Below are positions 29,445 to 38,794 of a DNA stretch of 64,000 nt, one piece after another. Each line of letters begins with the position of its first letter. Within the stretch, counting starts at the first letter, position 1. Source of the DNA: Nannocystales bacterium (GTDB lineage: Bacteria; Myxococcota_A; Polyangia; Nannocystales; Nannocystaceae). The stretch lies in contig JBOEGF010000007.1 in NCBI GenBank assembly GCA_050633305.1, forward strand, positions 96,001 through 160,000. Reading direction: 5' to 3'. The position numbers and the translations under genes were made by a program. The notes below the pieces were generated by a model. It searched no databases and was not told the DNA's origin. It worked only from the letters and a program-made list of their open reading frames with translations.

Positions 29445-30136
29445 AGCTTGCGAACGCCGACGTCGTCGAGGAGGTAGTCGACAACGGCTCGCTGCATCTC
29501 GACGCGGCGGGCCTCATCGAACTCCATCCACGTCTCGATGCACAGACCGACACATCCGCAAGCCTCGACGATGATCTCCGTGGACGACGTCGCGACTGGG
29601 AAGTACTGCGGGTCGAAGTGCTCTTGCTCGCCCGTGAAGCGAGTGTTGAGTCGCGCCAGCACGCGATCGATGATCGGTGGCCGTGGTTCGACGCCATAGA
29701 CGATGGTCTGGCCGAAGGACGGGTTCACCTCGGGGTCGTAGCGCTTCCAACTCTCGTGCAACGTGGTCACGAGGGCGGGTTTTTCGTCCAGCATCAGGTC
29801 GAGGAAACGCCGAGCGAGTCGGTACTCGGGCTCGGGGGCATCCGCGTTCCCTGGAAAACACCGGTTGAGGTCGAGGCCGCCCTCGGGCATGCGCTTGCGG
29901 GCCCGATACGCCGGTGGGTTCATCACCGGGACGACGATCAGCCGACCGTGGGTGGGACGAATCTCCTCCTCGAGCATCTCTTGGAGCGCGTGGACACCCG
30001 CGACTTCGTTTCCGTGGATGCCTGCCTGGATCACCGCGGTGGGTCCCGGCGCATCCGCATCGAAGACGTGGACGGGGAGGGTGGGCGTGAACCAGTGGAC
30101 TCCGGGGGTCAGTGGCACCGCCGGACTACAGCACAT
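29441..30136 (-). CDS. Succinylglutamate desuccinylase/aspartoacylase (M14) family hydrolase
   Basis: GIHGNE, DLNRCFPG, TLHES. Confidence 0.85.
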   Translation of the reverse strand: MCCSPAVPLTPGVHWFTPTLPVHVFDADAPGPTAVIQAGIHGNEVAGVHALQEMLEEEIRPTHGRLIVVPVMNPPAYRARKRMPEGGLDLNRCFPGNADAPEPEYRLARRFLDLMLDEKPALVTTLHESWKRYDPEVNPSFGQTIVYGVEPRPPIIDRVLARLNTRFTGEQEHFDPQYFPVATSSTEIIVEACGCVGLCIETWMEFDEARRVEMQRAVVDYLLDDVGVRKL

Positions 30137-30181
30137 TCGTGGGGCCTGTGCGAGGCGACCTCGCGCCCCGGCGGCGCTCGG

Positions 30182-31459
30182 TCACGAAGGGTCGCTGGAT
30201 CTGCGCGTCTTCTTGGAGAAGTACAGACCACTGAGGAGGAATGCCCCGGTGCATGCGACCGCCGTGGCGTAGGAGAACCCGCGGAAGAAGTCGAGCCAGC
30301 TCAACTGGGCGCCGCCAAAGTTTTTAAACAGCAACAGCCCCACCGAGCCTGCGTACCCGAACGCGTCGGTCACGTAGATCATGAACACCGCCGTTCCGAC
30401 CGCGCCTGTGGCAGCGATGAGGCGGTCGAACAGGACGCAGCCGTACGGGACGTAGGCGAGGTACAAACCCACGCCGAGCGCGACCATCCAAACCGCGCCC
30501 GAGATGAGGCCGAGATCGAAGAGCAGCGTGGCGCCGCCGATGAGCACCGTGCCCGCGGCCATCAGCCCATGGATTGCGAGTAGGGCGGTGCGGTTGCCTC
30601 TGATCTTGTAGATGGATGCGAGCGCGGCCATCACCAGCAGCGCCACGGGAAGCTCGGAGGCGGTGAACACCGCGGGCTTGTCTCCCCAGCCCAGTGCGGA
30701 CCAGATCTCCGCGGCGAAGTTGTCGCGAAAGTCCCGGTACGCGGTGAGGAACATGTACAGGCCCGTGAGCGTGACGAGCCCGAACGTGAATCGCCCGACG
30801 AACGCCCGTCGCTCCGGTCCTCGCATCGGTCGCCGGATCGTGCGGGCCGCTTCATCATCTGCAGAGGGCGGCGGAAGCTGGCGCAGAAGCCAGACCGAGA
30901 GAACGAACTGCGGCGCAAAGCACAGGCCGGTCACGAACGGCATCCACGACTCCGAGACGCCCGCGTGGAGCCAGGCCCCACCGACCGTTTTCACCACGCC
31001 AGAGGCGACGATGTACGAGGTCGACAGACCCGCACCCAACAGCTCCGAGGTTCGGCGCCCCTCGAGGAATCCGTAGACCAGTCCCCACACCGCGCCCAGG
31101 GGCAGGCCGTTGATGAAGATCGCGACCACCTTGCCGCCCGGTGGCAGGACCGCGAACAGAAGCAGAGCGGCTTCGGCCGCCGCGATGAGTGCGAGCAGCG
31201 TGACCGCTCGCTTCGACGCAGAGATCTCCGAGACGAACTTGATGCTGACGAACTTCGACAGCGCGTACCCGACCACCTGAGCGATCACGAGCGCGATCTT
31301 GAGCGCGATGACCCCGCCGAGCATCCCTTCGAAGCCGGCGGCTGCGAACGGCTTGCGGAACGCGTACATGCAAAAGTACGCGGTGAAGGCCGCCCCGATC
31401 GCGTACGCGGAGAACGTCGTCGCCGATGCCGTCTCCAGTTTGCGCCGCAGGCCGGACAT
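30182..31459 (-). CDS. DUF5690-like MFS-type membrane protein
   Basis: YFCMYAFRKPF, FLEGRRTSE, RDFRDNFAAEIW, FDRLIA, DAFGY. Confidence 0.8.
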   Translation of the reverse strand: MSGLRRKLETASATTFSAYAIGAAFTAYFCMYAFRKPFAAAGFEGMLGGVIALKIALVIAQVVGYALSKFVSIKFVSEISASKRAVTLLALIAAAEAALLLFAVLPPGGKVVAIFINGLPLGAVWGLVYGFLEGRRTSELLGAGLSTSYIVASGVVKTVGGAWLHAGVSESWMPFVTGLCFAPQFVLSVWLLRQLPPPSADDEAARTIRRPMRGPERRAFVGRFTFGLVTLTGLYMFLTAYRDFRDNFAAEIWSALGWGDKPAVFTASELPVALLVMAALASIYKIRGNRTALLAIHGLMAAGTVLIGGATLLFDLGLISGAVWMVALGVGLYLAYVPYGCVLFDRLIAATGAVGTAVFMIYVTDAFGYAGSVGLLLFKNFGGAQLSWLDFFRGFSYATAVACTGAFLLSGLYFSKKTRRSSDPS

Positions 31460-31571
31460 CTCAGGGAGGTTCGCGGGCTGGTCCGCCGACTGCAAGCACA
31501 AGCGGCTCTGCGTCTCCTCGTTGACGCGCGGTGTCCACGCGGTGTAGGTCTTGGCGCGAGGCACACGTACG

Positions 31572-32465
31572 ATGAAGAAGACTCTGATCCTCGTTGCAGT
31601 TTCGATGGCTCTTTCCGCTTGCTCTGGTCGCAAGGCGGTCTGGGATGGCGGCTCGACCGAACCGCCCGCTGCTGGCGACACCGCCGCAGCTGCTGCGGCT
31701 GGCGACACCGTCTCCGCCGGGGATGCGAAGTGGGCCGAGCGTACTGACGCCGCCAACATCCGGGCCGCGATCGCCGAGTGGGAGAAGGTCGCCGCGGCCA
31801 CCCCCGGCGATGCCGAGGTCCTCGTCAAGCTGACCCGCGCCCACTACTTCCTTGCCGACGGCTACCTCCGGGCCGAGGACGACGAAAAGGAGTACCTGAA
31901 GATGATGGACAAGGGTGTGAAGTGGGGCGAGAAGGCCATGGTCGCCGCCTCGCCCGAGTTCGCCGCCGCCATGAAGGACGGCAAGAAGTTCCCCGAAGCC
32001 GTCAAACTCGTCGGCAAAGACGGCGTGCCCGCCTTGTACTGGTACGCCTCTTCGCTCGGCAAGTGGGCCAAGAAGAAGGGCTTCGCCGTGCTGCTCGGGC
32101 AGAAGGACAACGTCAAAGCGACGATGGACCGCTGCCTCGAGCTGGATCCCACCTTCTACTACGGCGGACCGCACCGTTACTTCGGAGCCTTCTATGCGAT
32201 CGCACCTGCGTTCGCGGGCGGGGACCTCGAGAAGTCGAAGGTTCACTTCAAGAAGTCGCTGGAGATCGCTCCCAACTTCGTCGGCACCAAGGTGCTCTGG
32301 GCTGCTGAGCTCGCGACGAAGACCCAGGACGAGGCAACGTTCGACACCCTCATCGCCGAGATCGAAGCGTCCAAAGAGGATGCGATCCCCGAGGTTCTCC
32401 CCGAGCTGCGGATCGAGATGCAGAAGGGCGCCGAGCTCAAAGCCAACCGCGACGACCTGTTCTAA
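31572..32465 (+). CDS. TRAP transporter T-component (TatT) lipoprotein
   Basis: Lipobox LSAC; ALYWYASSLG, LDPTFYYGGPH, PAFAGGDLEKSK; precedes dctPQM. Confidence 0.85.
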   Translation: MKKTLILVAVSMALSACSGRKAVWDGGSTEPPAAGDTAAAAAAGDTVSAGDAKWAERTDAANIRAAIAEWEKVAAATPGDAEVLVKLTRAHYFLADGYLRAEDDEKEYLKMMDKGVKWGEKAMVAASPEFAAAMKDGKKFPEAVKLVGKDGVPALYWYASSLGKWAKKKGFAVLLGQKDNVKATMDRCLELDPTFYYGGPHRYFGAFYAIAPAFAGGDLEKSKVHFKKSLEIAPNFVGTKVLWAAELATKTQDEATFDTLIAEIEASKEDAIPEVLPELRIEMQKGAELKANRDDLF

Positions 32466-32483
32466 GAGGTCGCACCGCAGCGA

Positions 32484-32520
32484 GAACGCCCAGCTGGTTT
32501 TCCCCGGCTGGGCGTTTTTC
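32484..32520 (+). terminator. Intrinsic terminator after tatT
   Basis: gaacgcccagc...gctgggcgtt stem followed by a T run. Confidence 0.8.
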
Positions 32521-32571
32521 GTTGGCGTCGGTACGGCGAACGCGGTTTAGGCGACCGTTTCCGGATCTCGT

Positions 32572-32600
32572 TTGACTTGTAGGATTTGCTCCCACATAGT
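32572..32600 (+). promoter_or_regulatory. Sigma70-type promoter for dctP
   Basis: TTGACT-17 bp-CATAGT. Confidence 0.55.
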
Positions 32601-32846
32601 GGGAACCAGGCGGCGTTGATGCAACCGCCCGACATAGCTAGGTAAAACGTCGATTCGGGCTTGATCCCAAGGGGGGGACTCCGGTTCAATCGCCCCCCAC
32701 GTTCCATCGCCGCCGGGAACAGGAGTGAAGATCGGCGCCAGCGCATACGTCCCAGGCCAGGACCACGCGGACCCCCGTTTTTGATTTGGCCTCAACCCGG
32801 CGCGCGCGCGCCGTAGCCCCGCGAACGACCCAAAGGAAGATCTCCA

Positions 32847-33872
32847 ATGTCGACCAAGAAGCTCCCGACCTCCCGCCGCACCTTCGTCAAAGGCACCGCC
32901 GCCTCGGCCGCGATCGCTCCGTTCTTCATCGGGCGTTCCGCGAAGGCGGCTGAGCCGGATTGGACGCTCACGCTTGGGACGGTCGCTCCAAGGGACACCC
33001 CTTGGGGAGGCATGGCCACCAGGATCAGCAAGCTCATGACGGAGAAGACCGGCGGCAAGGTCAAGTTGAAGACCTTCTTTGGCGGATCCCGCGGGACTGA
33101 GCAAACAGTGGCTGCGAGTACTGCGGCCGGCACCATGGCCATCTTCGCCGGATCGTTCGGGGGACTGGGGAAGATCATCCCGGAACTGGGCGTGTTTGAG
33201 CTCCCGTTCATCATGTCGAGTGCGAAGCAGGGCCGAAAGGTCGTGGATGCAAATCGAACCCTCATCCATGACCTTCTGTGGGAGCGGGGATTCAAGCTCA
33301 TGATGTTCTCCGAGAACGGGAGTCAGGACATTGGGACGACGAGGCCGGTGGAAAAGCCCTCCGACATGAAGGGGCTCAAGATTCGCACGCTTGAGTCGCA
33401 GGTCCACATCGATACGGTCGAGGCAACCGGTGCCACAGCCGTTCCGATGGGCGTGACCGAGGTTCTTCCCTCGCTCCAGACCGGGGTGATCGATGGTTTG
33501 ACCAATACGGCTCTGTTTGCGACGGCCGCGAACTGGACTTCCGGTTTGGCGGACTGGACGGTCACCCATCACTGCTGGCAACCCGCGGTTGTAGCGATGT
33601 CACGGCTAGTCTGGGAGAAGCTGCCAGCCGAGATCCAGGAGGCCATGGGGTTGGAGTCGGCGGAACTCGCGAAGATCAAGACTCGTACGGACCGAAAGCT
33701 CGACGCCATGGCGCCCCAGCTCCTGCAGAACATCGCCGACCTGGGGATTACCGTCCACAAGCCGGACCTCGCTCCTTGGAAGACGATCGCCGGCAAGGTG
33801 CAGGCGAAGTTCGACAAGCGAACCACCAAGTACGGACGGGCACTGCTCAAGGGGATCAAAAAGGCAACGTAG
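32847..33872 (+). CDS. dctP: TRAP substrate-binding protein with Tat signal
   Basis: SRRTFVK twin-Arg signal; GTVAPRDTPW, FELPF, MKGLKIR, LQTGVIDG. Confidence 0.9.
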   Translation: MSTKKLPTSRRTFVKGTAASAAIAPFFIGRSAKAAEPDWTLTLGTVAPRDTPWGGMATRISKLMTEKTGGKVKLKTFFGGSRGTEQTVAASTAAGTMAIFAGSFGGLGKIIPELGVFELPFIMSSAKQGRKVVDANRTLIHDLLWERGFKLMMFSENGSQDIGTTRPVEKPSDMKGLKIRTLESQVHIDTVEATGATAVPMGVTEVLPSLQTGVIDGLTNTALFATAANWTSGLADWTVTHHCWQPAVVAMSRLVWEKLPAEIQEAMGLESAELAKIKTRTDRKLDAMAPQLLQNIADLGITVHKPDLAPWKTIAGKVQAKFDKRTTKYGRALLKGIKKAT

Positions 33873-33890
33873 TCCCCGGGGGCGACGGCC

Positions 33891-33955
33891 GCTACCGCAT
33901 AGAAAAAGGAGAAAGCCCGGGACACCCGGGCTTTCTCCTTTTTCTATGCGGTAGC
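33891..33955. repeat. Perfect 31-bp inverted repeat (3-nt loop) containing a bidirectional terminator
   Basis: gctaccgcatagaaaaaggagaaagcccggg-aca-cccgggctttctcctttttctatgcggtagc. Confidence 0.9.
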
Positions 33956-34960
33956 ATGCCCGCCACGGTGAAGGACCTTTTCAAGAAGATTGACCGGATG
34001 GTGTTCCGGGGGGAGCGCGGGCTCGTCGTCGCATCGCTCATCGTGATGAGCGTCGTCGTCTTCCTCGACGTCGTCTACCGGACGTTCGCCAGTGAGGAAA
34101 ACAAGGGCGTCACCGCGTTCGTCAAGCTCCTCAGCTATTTCGGCGTGACCATCGAACGGGGAGACCCGACGTACTTGAGCCTCGAGAGTTGGTTCCCATA
34201 CGTGCTGTGGGTCGCGTTCGTTGGACTCGGGGTGTTGGGCATTCGTACCGCTGGTCGAAGCGAGAAGATGGCGTTGCCCAAGGCATTGCTGTTCTCGACG
34301 GTGGGTGTCGCCGCTGCCTATGGACTCGTTCGGCTCTTCCTGGTGCTGGCCCCCAACGGTCTCGTCTGGGCCCCGAACTTGGCTCTGGTCCTGACCCTGT
34401 GGGTCGGCTTCGTCGCCGCATCGATGTGCACCCACGAGAACAAGCACCTCAAGGTAGAGGCCGCGCAGCGGGCAATCCCCGAGAAGTTCAAGCCGTACGT
34501 CGTGTTCTTGTCTTCGTTGTTTAGCGCGGCCGTCTGTTTCGCGCTCATGTGGCTGTCCATCCGCTACGTGCTCCATCGTCACCACGAGTTCATCCAATCC
34601 GAAGGGCGCGGTGGGATCGTCGACGGGCTGGGGCTGCCCCTCTACCAAGCGATGGCGGTTCTCCCTCTTTCGTTCCTCACGATGACGATGCGGTTCACCG
34701 CCCGTGGCGTATTTGCGTTGGGTGGCGAGCTGCCGGAGACACCGTCCATCGAGGGGCTGGATCAACTCGACAAGTACGTGGGCGACGCACAGGCGCCGAG
34801 TGACGTTCCTACTGAAGTTGGGTCGGTTTCCGACGACCTACCTCGTCCCCAAAGCCAAGTCCGGACAGATGCGCACGACTCGCCCGGAAACGAGAGCGAA
34901 GAAGGAGAGTCAGGCGAGGCCACGGATGGAGCCGACGAGGAAGAGGAGGCTCAACGATGA
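33956..34960 (+). CDS. dctQ: TRAP small permease with extra TM segments and acidic tail
   Basis: LWVGFVAASMCTHENKHLKVE; position between dctP and dctM. Confidence 0.8.
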   Translation: MPATVKDLFKKIDRMVFRGERGLVVASLIVMSVVVFLDVVYRTFASEENKGVTAFVKLLSYFGVTIERGDPTYLSLESWFPYVLWVAFVGLGVLGIRTAGRSEKMALPKALLFSTVGVAAAYGLVRLFLVLAPNGLVWAPNLALVLTLWVGFVAASMCTHENKHLKVEAAQRAIPEKFKPYVVFLSSLFSAAVCFALMWLSIRYVLHRHHEFIQSEGRGGIVDGLGLPLYQAMAVLPLSFLTMTMRFTARGVFALGGELPETPSIEGLDQLDKYVGDAQAPSDVPTEVGSVSDDLPRPQSQVRTDAHDSPGNESEEGESGEATDGADEEEEAQR

Positions 34961-36963
34961 CTCACCGTTTTTCCACAACCACCAAAATCCTGTCGTTGGC
35001 CGTGTTGCTCGGTGTCTTCGTCCTTGCTTCGACAGGCCATGCAGCGCCTGAGGCCGCACAAGAAGCGTCTTCAAGCGGCGGAGCGCTGATGCTACTGCTC
35101 GCTCTCGCCGCTATGATTGGGCTCGGTTCTCCGTTGTTCGTGATCATCGGGGTGCTCGCGGCACTGTGTTTCTTGATCTACGGCGACGGGTACACGGTCG
35201 AGTCCTGCGCGACGCTACGTCGGGATTCGATCTGCGGGTTCGAGACATTCCCGTCGAAGATGGCGGACCTCTCCACGAAACCCGTCCTGCTGGCGATTCC
35301 GTTTTTCGTCGTATCGGGCGCGATCATGAGCGCAGGCGATATCGCGAACCGTCTGGTGATGTTTGCCAAGGCTCTAGTGGGGTGGCTACCGGGCGGCCTC
35401 GCCATCGCCACCGTGGGAGGCTGTGTCTTCTTCGCCGCAATCTCGGGTTCGAGTCCGGTTACGGTCATCGCAATCGGTTCGATGATGTATCCCGCCCTGA
35501 CCAAGGCGGGATACAGCGACGCCTTCTCCATGGGCCTCGTGACCTCCGCTGGATCACTTGGGATCCTCATCCCACCGTCGATCCCGATGCTGGTGTTTGC
35601 GATCGTCGGCGGGTCCACCGCGGCGATCGACATCGGTGAGTTGTTCATGGCCGGCATCCTGCCGGGGGTGCTCATCGCCGGATTGCTCTCGCTCTACGCG
35701 GTCTTTGTCGCCGGCCGTGCGGGAGGCGAACGCGAGAGATTCGACTTCAAGGAGGTGTTCCAGGCATTTCTCGACGGTTTCTGGGCCATCTCCCTCCCTG
35801 CGCTCATCCTCGGCGGCATCTACACCGGCTTGTTCACGGCAACCGAAGCCGCGGCTGTCTCGGTGGTCTACGCGCTCGTCGTTGAACTCTACATCCACCG
35901 CACGCTGACATGGTCCCAGCTCCCGAAGGTGCTTTCGGAGGCAGGTGTGTTGATGGGAACGCTGCTGATCATCATGGCATTGGCGTTTGGGCTCAATGAC
36001 TTTCTCGTTGAACAGCAGGTGCCGGAACTGGCTGTTGAGTGGATCGTCAGCAAGAACTTCACGCCAGTGCAGTTCCTCTTGATGGTGAACGTGTTCCTCC
36101 TCGTGGTCGGTGCACTGATGGACTCCATCTCCGCCATCCTGGTCATCGCGCCGTTGCTGACTCCTATTGCTGCGACTCTGGGAATCGACCCCATCCACAT
36201 GGGGGTCATCTTCATCGTGAACTTGGAGATCGGGTACCTGACGCCTCCGATCGGTATCAACCTGTTCGTCGCGTCCGCCGCCTTCAAGAAGCCGATGGGG
36301 TTGGTGATGAAGTCGGTCGTGCCGTTCATCGGCTTGATGTTCGTCGGGCTGATGGTCGTCACGTACGTGCCGACGGTCTCGGTCGGTCCCGTGAACGTTC
36401 TGATGCGTGACAAGCCGTTCTACGAGCCATTCCCGGAGGCAAAGCCCACGGGAAGCGCGGGAGGGGCGAATGACCTGGCCTCTCTTGCTGACGCTGGAAA
36501 GACGGCCAAGTTGCCGACCGAAGAAGGGAAGCCCAGGACGGCCGGTGAAATCAGTGTCATCACAGACCAGCTCATGAACCTCTGTTTTGCCGGGGAGGAC
36601 GTCGTTGCGGACGAGGGGGTCAAGCCTGCTGACCGGGTCCAGGCGTGGCAAGGCCTTTTCGAGGAAGAAGGGGTGACAAGCCCCGACGTGCTCGAACTCG
36701 CCGCCCACGCAATCGAAAAGGCCGGAACGCCTGACGCCTACGCCACCCTTCGCAAGGAAGTAGACGCTGTTCTGAAGAACGACTGGGAGTGCGAGGCGCT
36801 CGAGACCCTGCTCGGCCCGGCCAAACCGGCCAAGCCCGAGGGCGACGATGCGGACGCGAAGGGCGACGACGCGGATCCGGATCCGGACAAGAAGCCTGTG
36901 GAGCCGGAAGGGGCGGGCGACGAGCCGCAAGCTGCCGACGAATCGGGCGGCGATCCCGAGTGA
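34957..36963 (+). CDS. dctM: TRAP large permease with C-terminal soluble extension
   Basis: LLAIPFF, FAAISGSS, GSLGILIPPSIP, TATEAA, LTPPIGINLF. Confidence 0.93.
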   Translation: MTHRFSTTTKILSLAVLLGVFVLASTGHAAPEAAQEASSSGGALMLLLALAAMIGLGSPLFVIIGVLAALCFLIYGDGYTVESCATLRRDSICGFETFPSKMADLSTKPVLLAIPFFVVSGAIMSAGDIANRLVMFAKALVGWLPGGLAIATVGGCVFFAAISGSSPVTVIAIGSMMYPALTKAGYSDAFSMGLVTSAGSLGILIPPSIPMLVFAIVGGSTAAIDIGELFMAGILPGVLIAGLLSLYAVFVAGRAGGERERFDFKEVFQAFLDGFWAISLPALILGGIYTGLFTATEAAAVSVVYALVVELYIHRTLTWSQLPKVLSEAGVLMGTLLIIMALAFGLNDFLVEQQVPELAVEWIVSKNFTPVQFLLMVNVFLLVVGALMDSISAILVIAPLLTPIAATLGIDPIHMGVIFIVNLEIGYLTPPIGINLFVASAAFKKPMGLVMKSVVPFIGLMFVGLMVVTYVPTVSVGPVNVLMRDKPFYEPFPEAKPTGSAGGANDLASLADAGKTAKLPTEEGKPRTAGEISVITDQLMNLCFAGEDVVADEGVKPADRVQAWQGLFEEEGVTSPDVLELAAHAIEKAGTPDAYATLRKEVDAVLKNDWECEALETLLGPAKPAKPEGDDADAKGDDADPDPDKKPVEPEGAGDEPQAADESGGDPE

Positions 36964-37010
36964 GTTTGAACGCTCGCGCGGGATCGTACGGTGGCCTATA
37001 GTCCCAACGC

Positions 37011-38750
37011 GTGGATCGACCTACGGATGCGATAGGCCGCGTAGGTGCGCGTCTCCAGCGGCTCTTGAGCGGCGGCGCCGAGCTCTCCGAGGATGACCTT
37101 CGAGGAGAGCCCGACCTGCGAGCTCGGGCGGCGCTGCGCTTACTCAACCAGCTCGCACGTGAGCGGCGCGGCGAAGGGTCGCAGGAGCCAGGCGGACTGG
37201 CGGCGGAGCGTGCGGTTGCAGAGGCCGAACGGGCCGAGCACCGCCGGGCTCGTGAGGAACTCAGCGTGCTCATGCGGCACTTCCCGGGCGCGGTCTGGAC
37301 GACCGACGATGACCTGCGGGTTGTGTCGGCGGCGGGGGAGCGCGCGGAGGTTCTCGGGCTGACCGAGGCTTCGATCGGCGAGCCGCTCACACGACATGTC
37401 CCCGCGGGCGGGCTGGCCATCGGTGCGTTGCATGCGGTGGCGGACCTGGGTCGTGGCAACTACGAGTTCCGCCACGAGGGGCGGACGTTCCAGGTCACGG
37501 TGTCGCCGCTCGAGCAGCACCAGCGCGCCAGCCTGATCTGGGTGGCGGCCGACGTCACGGAGCGCAGGCAGGTCGACGCGGAGATGATTCGGGCTCGCCT
37601 CGAACGCGGTCAGAAGCTGGAGCAGATCGGTCTGCTCGCGGGCGGCATCGCGCTGGACTTCAACAACCTGCTCACCTCGATCATCGGAAACGCGAGCCTG
37701 GCCCGGACGGCCCTGCGTGCGGGGGAGTCCGCCGACGACTACCTCGACGGTCTCGAAGCCCAGGCCGACGTCGCGGCCGAGCTTTCACGGCAGCTGCTCG
37801 CCTACTCGGGGCAGGGAAAGATCGTGATCGAGTCGGTCAATCTGTCCGACACGGTTCGCGAAATGGCCGCGCTGCTCCGAAGCTCGGTCTCCAAGGGCGC
37901 GACGTTCGATTTTCGGCTCGCGACGGGGCTGCCCCTGGTGCGCGCAGACAGTGCCCAGATTCGTCAGCTAACGATGAACCTGATCACCAACGCCTCCGAC
38001 GCGCTGTCGGGCCGCGACGGTGTCATCACGCTCACCACGTCGGTGGTGGAGGTCGACCGGGACTTTCTGGCGGGGCTCGAAGGCGCCGAGGATGTTCCGG
38101 CGGGGCGATACATCTGCCTCGAGGTCCGGGATGAGGGCCACGGGATGGACGAGGAGACGCAGGGACGGATGTTTGATCCGTTCTTCTCCACGAAGCCGGA
38201 CGGACACGGGCTGGGTTTGGCCGCGACGCTGGGCATCCTTCGTGGCCACCGCGGCAAGGTTCGGGTGACGAGCAAACCCGGAGGAGGCACATCGGTGCGT
38301 ATCTTCCTCCCGGTCAGCGGTCGGAAGCTCGAGCAAAGCGGCCCCCAACTCGCAGCCGTCTACGACCGGCCCGTCGGCGATGCGGTCGTGTTGGTGGTCG
38401 ACGACGAGGAGGCGGTACGCCGGATGGTCACCGCGGCGCTGAGCGAGGCCGGCTACGAGGTCGTCACCGCGACCAACGGTGTCGAAGCCCTCAAGCGACT
38501 CGGCGAGCGGCCCGACATCGACCTTGTGCTCCTCGACGTGATGATGCCGCAGATGGACGGCGCCCAGGCCCTTCGCTTGCTCCGGGGTAGGGCCCCAAAG
38601 ATTCGCGTCATCCTCACCAGTGGGTATGGGGAGCGTCCCGTGTTGGACTGGCTGCGCATGTCCGACGAGGTGGAGTTCCTCAAGAAGCCCTACCGGGTCG
38701 AGGATGTCGTCGCCAAGGTCGGTGAAGTCCTCGACCCGTCGCGGGACTGA
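37011..38750 (+). CDS. PAS-HisKA-HATPase-REC hybrid kinase with the H-box His replaced by Leu
   Basis: LLAGGIALDFNNLL; NLITNASDA, DEGHGM, FDPFFSTK, GHGLGL; REC VDDE..LLDVMMP..KPY. Confidence 0.9.
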   Translation: MDRPTDAIGRVGARLQRLLSGGAELSEDDLRGEPDLRARAALRLLNQLARERRGEGSQEPGGLAAERAVAEAERAEHRRAREELSVLMRHFPGAVWTTDDDLRVVSAAGERAEVLGLTEASIGEPLTRHVPAGGLAIGALHAVADLGRGNYEFRHEGRTFQVTVSPLEQHQRASLIWVAADVTERRQVDAEMIRARLERGQKLEQIGLLAGGIALDFNNLLTSIIGNASLARTALRAGESADDYLDGLEAQADVAAELSRQLLAYSGQGKIVIESVNLSDTVREMAALLRSSVSKGATFDFRLATGLPLVRADSAQIRQLTMNLITNASDALSGRDGVITLTTSVVEVDRDFLAGLEGAEDVPAGRYICLEVRDEGHGMDEETQGRMFDPFFSTKPDGHGLGLAATLGILRGHRGKVRVTSKPGGGTSVRIFLPVSGRKLEQSGPQLAAVYDRPVGDAVVLVVDDEEAVRRMVTAALSEAGYEVVTATNGVEALKRLGERPDIDLVLLDVMMPQMDGAQALRLLRGRAPKIRVILTSGYGERPVLDWLRMSDEVEFLKKPYRVEDVVAKVGEVLDPSRD

Positions 38751-38794
38751 GCGCGGGCGACGACTCGTGGCCGCCGCGCCCAGGTCAGGCATCG

